DNA of 64,000 bases, taken from positions 13,816-77,815 of the forward strand of contig CACDQA010000001.1 in the NCBI GenBank assembly GCA_902554745.1, written 5' to 3'. The stretch is from an uncultured Pelagibacteraceae bacterium. Its GTDB lineage: Bacteria > Pseudomonadota > Alphaproteobacteria > Pelagibacterales > Pelagibacteraceae. Under the pieces are notes generated by a model. It did not search any database. It was given only the letters and a program-made list of their open reading frames with translations, and was not told where the DNA came from. The position numbers were made by a program, and so were the translations under genes. Below are positions 1 to 9,545 of this stretch, in pieces. Positions within the stretch are counted from its first letter, which is position 1. Each line of letters starts with the position of its first letter.

Positions 1-43
1 TATTTTTTCTTACCTTGCTTTTCTTCTTCTTTTTTTTTGGCAT
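1..43 (-). CDS. 5' end of a gene running off the window, Lys-rich N-terminus (MPKKKKKKSKVRKN...); product undetermined, possibly acetyl-CoA synthetase by synteny
   Basis: ATG at 43-41, 15 nt after the EVE gene stop, open to the window edge; only 14 codons visible. Confidence 0.45.
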   Translation of the reverse strand, partial: MPKKKKKKSKVRKN

Positions 44-58
44 AGGATAATTTTTTTT

Positions 59-472
59 TTAAATTTTACTCATGTTATTTATAATTTTCCAGCTTTTATA
101 ATCAACAGGCATTACAGAAAGCCTACTTTGCTTTATCAGAGCTAAATGGCTTAAATCCTTATTTTTTTTAATACTTTCGAGCGTTATAGGCTTTGAAAAT
201 TTAGACTTAAATTGAACAGTAACGGCAACAAATCTCCCTGTTTTGTCTGTTTTATCTATATACGATTCTTTAATAACTTTTACTATTCCAACTATCTCTT
301 TTCCTATGTTTGAATGATAAAAAAAACATAGATCTCCTTTACTCATACTTTTTAAATTTTTTGCAGCTTGATAATTTCTGACACCATCCCAAGGTGCACC
401 TTTAATTCCAGCTTTTTTTTGTTGGTCAATTGACCAAACATCTGGTTCAGATTTCATCAACCAATATTTCAT
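59..472 (-). CDS. EVE domain protein
   Basis: YWLMKSEP, WDGVRNYQA, FFYHS and RLSVMPV motifs. Confidence 0.93.
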   Translation of the reverse strand: MKYWLMKSEPDVWSIDQQKKAGIKGAPWDGVRNYQAAKNLKSMSKGDLCFFYHSNIGKEIVGIVKVIKESYIDKTDKTGRFVAVTVQFKSKFSKPITLESIKKNKDLSHLALIKQSRLSVMPVDYKSWKIINNMSKI

Positions 473-1545
473 TACAATTGAACTCCGGCACCTTTGAGAA
501 AAGCTGCATTTTCATCTAAAGGCCATCTAGGTTTTGCTGGATAATCTAAATCATCAAATTGATTTTTTTTAAATTTTTCCAAACCTACCATTGCAATCAT
601 TGCCGCATTATCTCCACAAAACTCTATAGGTGGAAAAATACTTTTATAATTATTTTCTTCACATAGATTAATTAACATAGACCTAATTTTTTTATTTGCT
701 GCAACTCCGCCAGCAACAACGAAAATTTTTTCATTTAATTCATTTATTTTTTCAAATTCAGTAAAAGCAATCTTTGTTTTTTTATATAAAATTTCCTCAA
801 TTGTTTTTTGAAAAGATGCTGCAAGGTCATATTTATCTTGTTCTGTTTTAATTGTTTTGCTTATCTTCAACACGGCAGTTTTTAGACCTGCAAAAGAAAG
901 ATTACATCCTCCTTTGCTGAAAATTGGTTTTGGTAAATCATATTTTTCTGGATCACCTTTTTTAGCTAAAATTTCTATTTGAGGTCCTCCTGGAAATTCT
1001 ATTCCTATTAGCTTTGCCGTTTTGTCAAACGCCTCACCTAATGCATCATCAATAGTTGTTCCTAATCTTTTATATTTACCAAGGTTCTGAACACTTAAAT
1101 ATTGTGAGTGCCCACCTGAAATTAAAAGAAGTAAATATGGATAATTTAAATTTGTATTTAGTTTTGGACTTAAAGCATGTCCCTCTAAATGATTAACAGC
1201 TATAAAAGGTTTATTCATTGCTGTTGAGAAAGCTTTACCAAAACTTAAACCAACTGATAAACAAACAATTAATCCAGGACCTGCAGTAGAAGCAACGGCA
1301 TCTATTTCTTCAATTTTTCTTCCACTTTCATCAATAGCTTTTTTTACGATCCAATCTATTTTTTCAATGTGTGAACGGGCTGCTAGTTCAGGAACTACAC
1401 CACCAAATTCCTTATGAATTTCCACTTGACTTGAAACAATGTTGGATAAAACTACCGGGAATCCTTCTTCATTTTCAGTTATTAAAGAAGCTGCTGTTTC
1501 ATCACAACTAGACTCTATTCCAAGAATTAAGGGTTTTTTGCTCAT
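472..1545 (-). CDS. tsaD: tRNA N6-threonylcarbamoyladenosine transferase TsaD
   Basis: LGIESSCDET, GGVVPELAARSH, NHLEGH, GEAFDK and DNAAMIA motifs. Confidence 0.97.
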   Translation of the reverse strand: MSKKPLILGIESSCDETAASLITENEEGFPVVLSNIVSSQVEIHKEFGGVVPELAARSHIEKIDWIVKKAIDESGRKIEEIDAVASTAGPGLIVCLSVGLSFGKAFSTAMNKPFIAVNHLEGHALSPKLNTNLNYPYLLLLISGGHSQYLSVQNLGKYKRLGTTIDDALGEAFDKTAKLIGIEFPGGPQIEILAKKGDPEKYDLPKPIFSKGGCNLSFAGLKTAVLKISKTIKTEQDKYDLAASFQKTIEEILYKKTKIAFTEFEKINELNEKIFVVAGGVAANKKIRSMLINLCEENNYKSIFPPIEFCGDNAAMIAMVGLEKFKKNQFDDLDYPAKPRWPLDENAAFLKGAGVQL

Positions 1546-1599
1546 TCAAATAGTTTTTAATAATTGTACAATCTTTATACAAGTAAGAAATAATTTTTT

Positions 1600-2517
1600 A
1601 TGAGAAAAAAAATAATAATTGGATCTAGGGGTAGCAAGCTTGCCTTACTTTATGCTCAACAAGCTAAAGATAAGATTATTGAAAATACCAACCTTAGTAA
1701 TGAAGATATCTTAATTAAATCAATTACAACTCAAGGTGACGAAGTACAGGATATAAGATTATCTGAGCTTGGTGGCAAAGGTTTGTTTTCTAGTAATATT
1801 GAAAAAGAACTTCAATTAAAAAATATTGATATTGCAGTCCATGCACTGAAAGATATGCCTGCTAATGAAACAGAAGGATTAAGGACAGATTCTTTTCTTA
1901 AAAGAAATGACCCTAGAGAGATTTTAATTACAAAGAATAAAAAAAAACTTAAAGACTTAGATCAAAAGTCAATTGTTGGTACTTCATCATACAGAAGAGA
2001 ATTTCAAATAAAAAAAATTAGAAAAGATTTGAACTGTAAACTAATTAGAGGAAATGTAGATACTAGAATTAGAAAATTGAATGAAGGGATGTATGATGCA
2101 ATTATTTTGTCTTACGCTGGTATCAAATTTTTAAAATTTGAAAATGAAATCTCAGAAATTTTTTCAGCTGAAGACATAATTCCTAGTGCAGGACAAGGTG
2201 TAATTGCTCTTCAGTGCAGGGAGAATGATGATGAGACAATTTCTATTTTAAACAAAATTAATCATGAGGAAACACATAAAAGAGCTCACCTTGAGAGAAA
2301 TATTTTAAAAGTTTTAGATGGAGATTGTGAAACAGCAATTGGTGCTCATTCAGTGGTTGATGGAGATAAGATTATAGTGGAGGCTGAACTTTTTTCTTTA
2401 GACGGCAAACAAAGGTTTTATGAAAAAAAAGTTGGTAATTTGAATGAGTTTAAAGAAATTGGTAAAGAGATTGGAATACTTTTAAAAACAAAATCAAATA
2501 ATTCATATAAAAGATAA
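1600..2517 (+). CDS. hemC: hydroxymethylbilane synthase
   Basis: GSRGSKLAL, GGKGLF, VHALKDMP, GTSSYRR, IRGNVDTR motifs and the cofactor Cys in DGDC. Confidence 0.97.
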   Translation: MRKKIIIGSRGSKLALLYAQQAKDKIIENTNLSNEDILIKSITTQGDEVQDIRLSELGGKGLFSSNIEKELQLKNIDIAVHALKDMPANETEGLRTDSFLKRNDPREILITKNKKKLKDLDQKSIVGTSSYRREFQIKKIRKDLNCKLIRGNVDTRIRKLNEGMYDAIILSYAGIKFLKFENEISEIFSAEDIIPSAGQGVIALQCRENDDETISILNKINHEETHKRAHLERNILKVLDGDCETAIGAHSVVDGDKIIVEAELFSLDGKQRFYEKKVGNLNEFKEIGKEIGILLKTKSNNSYKR

Positions 2518-2518
2518 T

Positions 2519-3217
2519 ATGCATATTTTGTTAACTAGACCACTGGAAGATTGTTCTGAAATGATATTAAAATTTAAATCATTAGGACATCAAGTTTCTC
2601 ATCTTCCTTTAATAAGAATTGAAAAGGTTAATTATGAAGAAATTGACTTTTCTGAATATGGTGGAATTGTTTTTACTAGTGCAAATGCAGTAAAATTTTT
2701 AAACACAGTAAAATTAGATAAAAATATTAAATGCTTTTGTGTTGGAAATGCTACAGAAAACAAAGCAAGAAGTGTTGGTTTTCAAAATACAATTGTGGCT
2801 GAAGGAAATGTTGCAAACTTAAAGGAGTTAATTATACAAAGTTATGAGTCCAAAAATAAAGAATTACTTTACATTAGTGGTGAAACAATATCGGTTGATT
2901 TAGACCAACAGTTATTAAGCGAAGGTTTTAAGGTAAAAAGAATTATTAATTACAGAGTAGATCATAATCAAAAATTTGATGAGAAATTTGTTAATGAATT
3001 AAAATTAAATATGCCTGATATGGTCTATGTTTACTCTCAAAACAGTGCGTCAAGTTTCTTAAATTTCATAAAGATTTACCAAACCGAAAATTTATGGATG
3101 AATACAAATTTGATGTGTATAGGCGAAAAAACCTCGTCAATACTGAACGAAATCAAATGGAAAAAGATTTTTCTTTTTAACCCTGGAGAAGAAGAGTTTT
3201 TGTTATATAAAATTTAG
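2519..3217 (+). CDS. hemD: uroporphyrinogen-III synthase
   Basis: ILLTRP, FTSANAV and CVGNAT motifs; directly after hemC. Confidence 0.93.
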   Translation: MHILLTRPLEDCSEMILKFKSLGHQVSHLPLIRIEKVNYEEIDFSEYGGIVFTSANAVKFLNTVKLDKNIKCFCVGNATENKARSVGFQNTIVAEGNVANLKELIIQSYESKNKELLYISGETISVDLDQQLLSEGFKVKRIINYRVDHNQKFDEKFVNELKLNMPDMVYVYSQNSASSFLNFIKIYQTENLWMNTNLMCIGEKTSSILNEIKWKKIFLFNPGEEEFLLYKI

Positions 3218-3219
3218 AA

Positions 3220-4305
3220 ATGGAATTAATTAATAATTTTTCGGAGATATTTTTATCAGTATGGAATAAAGGAATTCTTGGTGTTGATATCTTTCAAATC
3301 TTAATTGGTATTGGAATATTTTTACTATTCTTAATTTTTAGAGGTCTAATAAGCAAATTAGTTATTAAAAAATTAGAAATTATCTCGAAAAGAACAACAA
3401 ATAAATTAGATGATACTTTTGTTCAATCACTTGTAGGCCCAGCAAGATTTTTACCAATTGTATTAGGATTTTTTATTGCAAGCTACTACATGACTTTCTC
3501 ACTAGAAGGAAGAGAAGTGGTAGATACAATTAATAGAACGTTGATCACTATTTTAATTTTTTGGGTAATTCACCAAATCATAGAACCAATCTCATACATA
3601 CTTAGTGGTTTAGACAAATTGTTAACAAGAGAACTTATTGGTTGGATAATTAAATCGCTAAAAATTTTAATTTTTATTTTAGGTTTAGCAGCAGTTTTAG
3701 AATTGTGGGGTATTAAAATAGGTCCAATCATTGCAGGTCTTGGATTGTTTGGTGTTGCTGTAGCATTAGGGGCACAAGATCTATTCAAAAATTTAATATC
3801 AGGAATTTTAGTTTTAGTTGAAAAGAGATTTAAAATTGGAGACTGGATAGCTGTCGAGGGTATTATTGAAGGTGTAGTAGAAAAGATTGGATTTAGATCA
3901 ACAACAATTAGAAAGTTTGATAAATCTCTTGCTATTATTCCAAATTTTCAATTTGCCGAAAACGCAGTTGTAAATGTAAGTGAAACTTCAAATTGGTTAA
4001 TCAGTTGGATTATTACACTTCAATATGACACTACGGTAGATCAGTTAAAAAAAATTAGAGATGAAATCGAAAGTCATATTAATTCAAGCGAAGATTATAA
4101 TACCTCAATTGGTGTTGCGGTAAGAGTTGATAAATTTTCTGATAGTTCAATAGATATGTATGTAAGATGCTTTACAAAAACAGGAAGTTGGAATAATTGG
4201 CTTGATGTAAAAGAAAGATTAGCAATTGCGATTAAGGAAATTGTAGAAAAAAATGGTGCTTCATTTGCTTTCCCAAGTCAGTCGATTTACGTTGAGAAAA
4301 AATGA
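3220..4305 (+). CDS. MscS-family mechanosensitive channel
   Basis: N-terminal TM helices; GVAVALGAQD, FKIGDWI, IGFRST, IPN and FAFPSQ motifs. Confidence 0.93.
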   Translation: MELINNFSEIFLSVWNKGILGVDIFQILIGIGIFLLFLIFRGLISKLVIKKLEIISKRTTNKLDDTFVQSLVGPARFLPIVLGFFIASYYMTFSLEGREVVDTINRTLITILIFWVIHQIIEPISYILSGLDKLLTRELIGWIIKSLKILIFILGLAAVLELWGIKIGPIIAGLGLFGVAVALGAQDLFKNLISGILVLVEKRFKIGDWIAVEGIIEGVVEKIGFRSTTIRKFDKSLAIIPNFQFAENAVVNVSETSNWLISWIITLQYDTTVDQLKKIRDEIESHINSSEDYNTSIGVAVRVDKFSDSSIDMYVRCFTKTGSWNNWLDVKERLAIAIKEIVEKNGASFAFPSQSIYVEKK

Positions 4306-4592
4306 TAGCTATTTTTTATTTAGTTTTACAAATTTTAAAATTGTACTCTTATGTTGTAATCGCCAATGTTATTGTAAGTTGGTTAATAGCTTTTAACGTT
4401 CTTAATACTCAAAATAGGTTTGTGTATGCAATTTTAGAGTTGAGTTACAAATTAACCGAGCCTTTCCTGAATAAAATTAGACGTTTTTTGCCAAATCTAG
4501 GTTCATTAGATATTTCTCCAATCATTCTTCTTTTATTGATTTGGTTTATCGAAATGTGTATGAAGCTGTACATTGCACCAATGATTTTTTAA
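4302..4592 (+). CDS. yggT: YggT family membrane protein
   Basis: LTEPFLNKIRRFLPNLGSLDISP motif; precedes folD. Confidence 0.9.
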   Translation: MIAIFYLVLQILKLYSYVVIANVIVSWLIAFNVLNTQNRFVYAILELSYKLTEPFLNKIRRFLPNLGSLDISPIILLLLIWFIEMCMKLYIAPMIF

Positions 4593-4601
4593 GAGGGAAA
4601 T

Positions 4602-5447
4602 ATGATTTTAATTGATGGAAAAAAAGCAGCCGCAGAATTAAGAGCAGAGTTAAAGGAAGAAGTGGCAGAGTTAAAATCAAAACATAATAAAGTGCCAGGT
4701 TTAACAGTTATACTTATTGGTGATTTAACACCTAGTCAGATTTATGTAAGAAATAAAGAAAAGTCAGCAAATGAGGTAGGATTAAAATCTGAAGTTATTA
4801 AATATCCAGACTCAGTTGAAGAAAAAACTGTTTTAGAAAAAATACAAGAATTAAATAGTGACGAAACTGTTTCAGGAATTTTAGTTCAACTTCCTTTACC
4901 TAAGCACATTGATAAGCAGAAGGTTATAGAAGCTATTAATCCCTCAAAAGACGTAGATGGATTTCATCCAATGAATGTAGGCAATCTTTCATCTGGTTAT
5001 GAAAGTTCGGTACCTTGTACTCCGCTTGGATGTTATTTGTTGATAAAAAAAATTGAACCTAATTTAAGTGGTAAAAAAGCTGTGGTTGTGGGTAGATCAA
5101 ATTTAAATGGTAAACCAATGACACAACTTCTTTTAAAGGAAAATTGCACTGTAACTATAACTCATTCAAAAACTAAAGATTTAAAAGCTGAATGTTTAGA
5201 GGCAGATATAATTGTTGCAGCTGTAGGTATACCCGAACTTGTTAGAGGAGATTGGGTTAAGAAAGATGCTATTGTTATTGATGTTGGTATAAACAAAACT
5301 GATAACGGTATAGTTGGTGATGTTCATTTTGACGAAGTTTCAAAAAATGCAAAAGCACTTACACCAGTTCCAGGCGGTGTAGGTCCAATGACCATTGCTT
5401 GTTTGCTTAAAAATACGATCGACTGTTTCAAAAGATCGCAAATTTAA
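4602..5447 (+). CDS. folD: methylenetetrahydrofolate dehydrogenase/cyclohydrolase
   Basis: YVRNK, GILVQLPLP, KDVDGFHP, PCTP and TPVPGGVGPMT motifs. Confidence 0.98.
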   Translation: MILIDGKKAAAELRAELKEEVAELKSKHNKVPGLTVILIGDLTPSQIYVRNKEKSANEVGLKSEVIKYPDSVEEKTVLEKIQELNSDETVSGILVQLPLPKHIDKQKVIEAINPSKDVDGFHPMNVGNLSSGYESSVPCTPLGCYLLIKKIEPNLSGKKAVVVGRSNLNGKPMTQLLLKENCTVTITHSKTKDLKAECLEADIIVAAVGIPELVRGDWVKKDAIVIDVGINKTDNGIVGDVHFDEVSKNAKALTPVPGGVGPMTIACLLKNTIDCFKRSQI

Positions 5448-5485
5448 TAATTAAACCATAAGCTGTAATCTGTTAATTTATTAGG

Positions 5486-5689
5486 ATGAAAAAACCTAAA
5501 CGACCATACAGATTTGGTATAATTTTTTTGCTCCTTACAGTTCCACCTATTGGGGCAACACAATTAGGTTGGTATTTGCATGACAAGCAAACTGGTTTTG
5601 ATTATGGTATGATTGTAGGTACTGTATCAGTAATATACGCTGCATATTTAATGTATGAAAAAAACTGGCGTGAAGAAGATGAAGATTAA
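5486..5689 (+). CDS. small two-TM hypothetical protein
   Basis: AGG just before the ATG, two hydrophobic segments, acidic tail; fills the gap co-directionally. Confidence 0.7.
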   Translation: MKKPKRPYRFGIIFLLLTVPPIGATQLGWYLHDKQTGFDYGMIVGTVSVIYAAYLMYEKNWREEDED

Positions 5690-5692
5690 ATT

Positions 5693-5968
5693 ATGGAAAA
5701 AATAATTTTTTTTGGATTGGTTATTCCTATTATGGCTTATGTTTTATACTTAGGTGGAATGGCAATTATGAATGGTTTTAAGTCTAAGGAAGCTAATAGA
5801 GCTGAGAAAGAGGAAGCTGAAAATGAAAGTGGGGAAACAAGTGACACTTCTGCCGAGCAAAGTAGCAATTTAAGTGATGAACTTACTAAATTGAATGATT
5901 TAAAAGAAAAAGGAATTATTTCTCAAGAGGAATTTGAAAAGGCCAAAAACAAACTATTAAATAATTAA
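5693..5968 (+). CDS. membrane-anchored SHOCT domain protein
   Basis: N-terminal TM helix; C-terminal ELTKLNDLKEKGIISQEEFEKAKNKLL matches the SHOCT pattern. Confidence 0.85.
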   Translation: MEKIIFFGLVIPIMAYVLYLGGMAIMNGFKSKEANRAEKEEAENESGETSDTSAEQSSNLSDELTKLNDLKEKGIISQEEFEKAKNKLLNN

Positions 5969-5979
5969 ATAGTTTAATC

Positions 5980-6867
5980 ATGTTTAAGAGTTTTAAAAAA
6001 AAATTTGTTAAAGTAAACAAGGGTAAAATATTTTGTCGATTTAAAGGAAACGGTCCTCCATTATTGCTACTTCACGGATATCCACAATCACATTTAATGT
6101 GGCATAAAACTGCCCCAGAGCTTAGTAAATATTTTACAGTAATTGTTGCTGATCTTAGAGGATATGGAGATAGCTTTGTTTTACCTGGTGGAATTAATCA
6201 TAAAAATTATTCAAAAAGAGAAATGGCTAAGGATATGGTTCAGTTGATGAATAAATTAAATTTTAAAAAATTTTTCGTTGCTGGACATGATAGGGGCGGA
6301 AGAGTTGCACACAGAATGGCAAGAGATTATAGAAATAAAATTATGGCTTTAAGTGTATTAGATATTTGTCCAACTCTAGATATGTACGAGAATACAAATA
6401 TGAAATTTGCAAAAGGATATTTTCATTGGTTTTATTTAATACAGCCCGCACCTTTACCAGAGAAAATGATAATGGTAGACCCTAAAAGATGGTTACATAG
6501 TCGGTTTAATAGGTCATCTAAACGTGCGATTGGAAGAGTTGAAGATGAATATTTTAGAGCCTTTAAACAAAGTAAAAGAATTCATGCAACATGTGAAGAT
6601 TATAGAGCTGCGGCCACTATAGACTTAGAGCACGATAAAAAAGATAGGAAAAAAAAATTAAACATTCCTATACAAGTTTTGTGGGGAAAAAAGGGAGTTA
6701 TTGGAACGCAATTTAAATCAGTTAAAATTTGGCAAAAATACACAAATAAAAAAGTGTATGGAGCAGAAATTAATTCAGATCATTTCATTCCAGAGGAAAG
6801 TCCTAAACAAACTATAAATCACCTAAAAAAATTTTTTTTAAAAAATGTTAAAGATAATTCCAAATAA
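5980..6867 (+). CDS. haloacetate (fluoroacetate) dehalogenase-like alpha/beta hydrolase
   Basis: HGYPQ, GHDRGGRV (Asp nucleophile plus two Arg), LDI, FHW, CEDYRA and HFIPEE motifs. Confidence 0.85.
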   Translation: MFKSFKKKFVKVNKGKIFCRFKGNGPPLLLLHGYPQSHLMWHKTAPELSKYFTVIVADLRGYGDSFVLPGGINHKNYSKREMAKDMVQLMNKLNFKKFFVAGHDRGGRVAHRMARDYRNKIMALSVLDICPTLDMYENTNMKFAKGYFHWFYLIQPAPLPEKMIMVDPKRWLHSRFNRSSKRAIGRVEDEYFRAFKQSKRIHATCEDYRAAATIDLEHDKKDRKKKLNIPIQVLWGKKGVIGTQFKSVKIWQKYTNKKVYGAEINSDHFIPEESPKQTINHLKKFFLKNVKDNSK

Positions 6868-7636
6868 AAAAAATATTGGAGCTGAAATAATTGTAAATTT
6901 AATAGACATTACGAATAAAGATATTTTAAAAATTAAGAAAGCACTGAATAAATATGGAATGTTATATTTTAAGGAACAAAAATTAACTTCTAAACTTTAC
7001 ATTAAGTTTGCAAAATATTTCGGAAATTTAGCCAATTATCCAAGACTAAAAGGTTTAAATAAAAAATTTCCTCAAATTACAGTAGTGCAAAGAAAATCAA
7101 CTGATAAAGGACCAAGTTTTGGTGAACAGTTTCATACCGATTCAATTTATACAAAAAAGCCACCAAGATTTACAATGTTGCTTTCTAAACTTGTGCCAAA
7201 AAAAGGAAAAGCTAATACAGAATTTTGTTCTCAATATCTTGCTTATAAAGAATTACCAAATTCAATAAAAAGGAAATTTAAAAATATTAAAGCTAAATAT
7301 TCCTCTGAAGGTCCAATTTCGGTTACAACAAAAGAAAGAGTAAAAGAAAAAGGAAAAAATATTAAAGAACTTAAATCTTCACATAAAATAATTAGAAAAA
7401 TCAGTACAAATCATTCGATTTATTGTAGTCCAGGACATTTTGTTGGTTTTAGTTCTAAGATAAAAAATCAAGAAAAGTTAAAAAAATTTTTATTTAAGCA
7501 TCAAATTAAGAAGAAGTTTCAATTTTCATTGCCTTGGGAAAAAAATCAATTGGCTATATGGGATAACAGATCTATGCTTCATCAAGCAACACCTTTTAAA
7601 GGAAATAGAATAATGCATAGAATAACAATCAAATAA
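6845..7636 (+). CDS. TauD/TfdA-family Fe(II)/2-oxoglutarate dioxygenase
   Basis: IGAEI, HTD...H facial triad (FHTDS, WDNRSMLHQA) and RIMHR. Confidence 0.9.
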   Translation: MLKIIPNKKNIGAEIIVNLIDITNKDILKIKKALNKYGMLYFKEQKLTSKLYIKFAKYFGNLANYPRLKGLNKKFPQITVVQRKSTDKGPSFGEQFHTDSIYTKKPPRFTMLLSKLVPKKGKANTEFCSQYLAYKELPNSIKRKFKNIKAKYSSEGPISVTTKERVKEKGKNIKELKSSHKIIRKISTNHSIYCSPGHFVGFSSKIKNQEKLKKFLFKHQIKKKFQFSLPWEKNQLAIWDNRSMLHQATPFKGNRIMHRITIK

Positions 7637-7639
7637 TTT

Positions 7640-8566
7640 ATGTTCACAATTTTTTTAGGACTAACTCCATTTATATTTATTACTTTTTTAGGGTTTGTAT
7701 TTGGTAAGTTAAAAGTCTTAGACCTTAGTCATGCTAAAATTTTAAATCTTTTCTTGTTCTATATTGCGGTCCCCGCATTGATCATTAAGCTAATAGCACA
7801 AAATGAAATTGGACAAGTAGATTTCAAACAAATTTTCTCTTATTTAATTATGCAATCGATGTGTGGAATTATCGCTTACTTAATTACTTCAAAATATTTT
7901 AAAAGATCAATCCCAGAGTCAATTATTTGGGCTTTAACAGTTGCATTATCAAACCATGTGACTTTGCTTTTGCCAATAACAGAAATATATTTTCAACAAG
8001 ATGTAATTACACAAGTTGCAAGTATCATATTAATGGATGGGATAATTTTATTATCTGTAATTGCTTTTTTTCTAGAATTATCTACAAAAAAAAATGTAAA
8101 TTTATTTAATTTTATTAAAAATTTATTTTTAAACCCGTTTATTCTTTCAATAATTATAGGTTTATTATTTTTATTATTAAATTTAAATATTTATCAAACA
8201 CCGATTGAATACACTCTGTCTAAACTTGCGGCATGTGTTTCGCCAGTTGGATTGTTTGCAATTGGCATAACTCTTTCATTTTATACTAAAAATGTAATTA
8301 ACAAATTATCTGTTTCTATTTCAGTTTTAAAATTAGTTATTTCCCCGATAATTTTATTGTTAATTGGATTAGTGTTTTTTAATGCAGGATTGCCAGCTGA
8401 AATACCAGGTGCTTTCTTCGTTAGTGTTGCACCTTGCGGAGTTACTTCTATAGTTTTATGTGCTGCCTACAATGTAAGTCCCGAAAACATAATTAAAGCA
8501 ATTTTTGTCTCTACAATTGCTTCTATAGGTACTATATTTTTTGCAATTAAGTATTTAACTCTATAA
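7640..8566 (+). CDS. AEC (auxin efflux carrier / malonate permease) family transporter
   Basis: About 10 TM segments; YIAVPAL, NPFI, PVGLFAIG, KLVISP and APC patterns. Confidence 0.85.
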   Translation: MFTIFLGLTPFIFITFLGFVFGKLKVLDLSHAKILNLFLFYIAVPALIIKLIAQNEIGQVDFKQIFSYLIMQSMCGIIAYLITSKYFKRSIPESIIWALTVALSNHVTLLLPITEIYFQQDVITQVASIILMDGIILLSVIAFFLELSTKKNVNLFNFIKNLFLNPFILSIIIGLLFLLLNLNIYQTPIEYTLSKLAACVSPVGLFAIGITLSFYTKNVINKLSVSISVLKLVISPIILLLIGLVFFNAGLPAEIPGAFFVSVAPCGVTSIVLCAAYNVSPENIIKAIFVSTIASIGTIFFAIKYLTL

Positions 8567-9544
8567 TAATTTATCTAGAGGACTAACTTCTCCAATTTTA
8601 AAAATAATTGCATCTTCTTTATTAAAACCATATTTTTCAGCACTATCTTTAAATCTAATTGGGGGTTCCATAATCGGTTCTAATGACAAAACAAATGTTC
8701 CCCAATGCATCCCTAATACTTTTTTACTTTTTAGGTCTTGTGCAACATTCAGGGCTTCTTCTGGTGTAGTATGATAAATAGTTTTATCAAACATTGGTTT
8801 GAAATTATAAGCCCCAATATTAATCATTGTCAGATCTATAGGACCATATTTTTTACCTAGTTCTTTGTAGACTTTTCCATATCCAGTGTCACATGCAAAT
8901 AAAATTTTTTTATTTTTATGTTCTATTAAAAAATTACCCCACAAACTTTTATTAGTGTCTGTTAAACTTCTCTTTGACCAATGAACTGCAGGAAGTAAAG
9001 AAATTTTCAAATCCTCATTTATAATTATTTGATCATACCAATCCATTTCATTTATATCTTTATATCCTTTAAAATATTTACCAAGATTTAGAGGTGTTAA
9101 TACTTTTGCACTCTTGAAAGGAAAATTTCTAATTGTTGACATGTCCTGATGATCGTAATGATTATGAGTGAGTAAAAATATATCCGTTTTAGGTATCTCA
9201 TTTAATTTTATTGCAGGATCAGTAAATCTTTTTGGACCAAAGATAAGTGGTCCAGCATTCTTTGAAAATACAGGATCTGTTATAATTGTAGTTCCACCTA
9301 ATTTTATAAGATATGTTGCGTGACCTATCCAAGCAATATAATCATTATCTTTATATTTTTCTAAATCAGCTAATACTTTTTCTTTTTCAATCACATGTTC
9401 TTTTGGATAAGATAAATCAACTTTTTTTCTTAATTTACTGAAAGTTCTATAAGAAAATTTTCCTGATCTGGATATTATTACTGGAGATCCTTTTGGATTC
9501 CTGAAAGTACCATCAGGTAAATGATGATAAGGTCTTTCTTTCAT
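8561..9544 (-). CDS. MBL-fold metallo-hydrolase (NAPE-PLD/RomA-like)
   Basis: WIGHAT, TDPVFS, THNHYDH, HWSKR, IGAY and MHWGTF motifs. Confidence 0.88.
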   Translation of the reverse strand: MKERPYHHLPDGTFRNPKGSPVIISRSGKFSYRTFSKLRKKVDLSYPKEHVIEKEKVLADLEKYKDNDYIAWIGHATYLIKLGGTTIITDPVFSKNAGPLIFGPKRFTDPAIKLNEIPKTDIFLLTHNHYDHQDMSTIRNFPFKSAKVLTPLNLGKYFKGYKDINEMDWYDQIIINEDLKISLLPAVHWSKRSLTDTNKSLWGNFLIEHKNKKILFACDTGYGKVYKELGKKYGPIDLTMINIGAYNFKPMFDKTIYHTTPEEALNVAQDLKSKKVLGMHWGTFVLSLEPIMEPPIRFKDSAEKYGFNKEDAIIFKIGEVSPLDKLL

Positions 9545-9545
9545 A

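Noticed and set aside
59-472. EVE protein as part of a modification-dependent defence system
   Set aside because: Stand-alone EVE gene in its usual tsaD context, with no nuclease nearby
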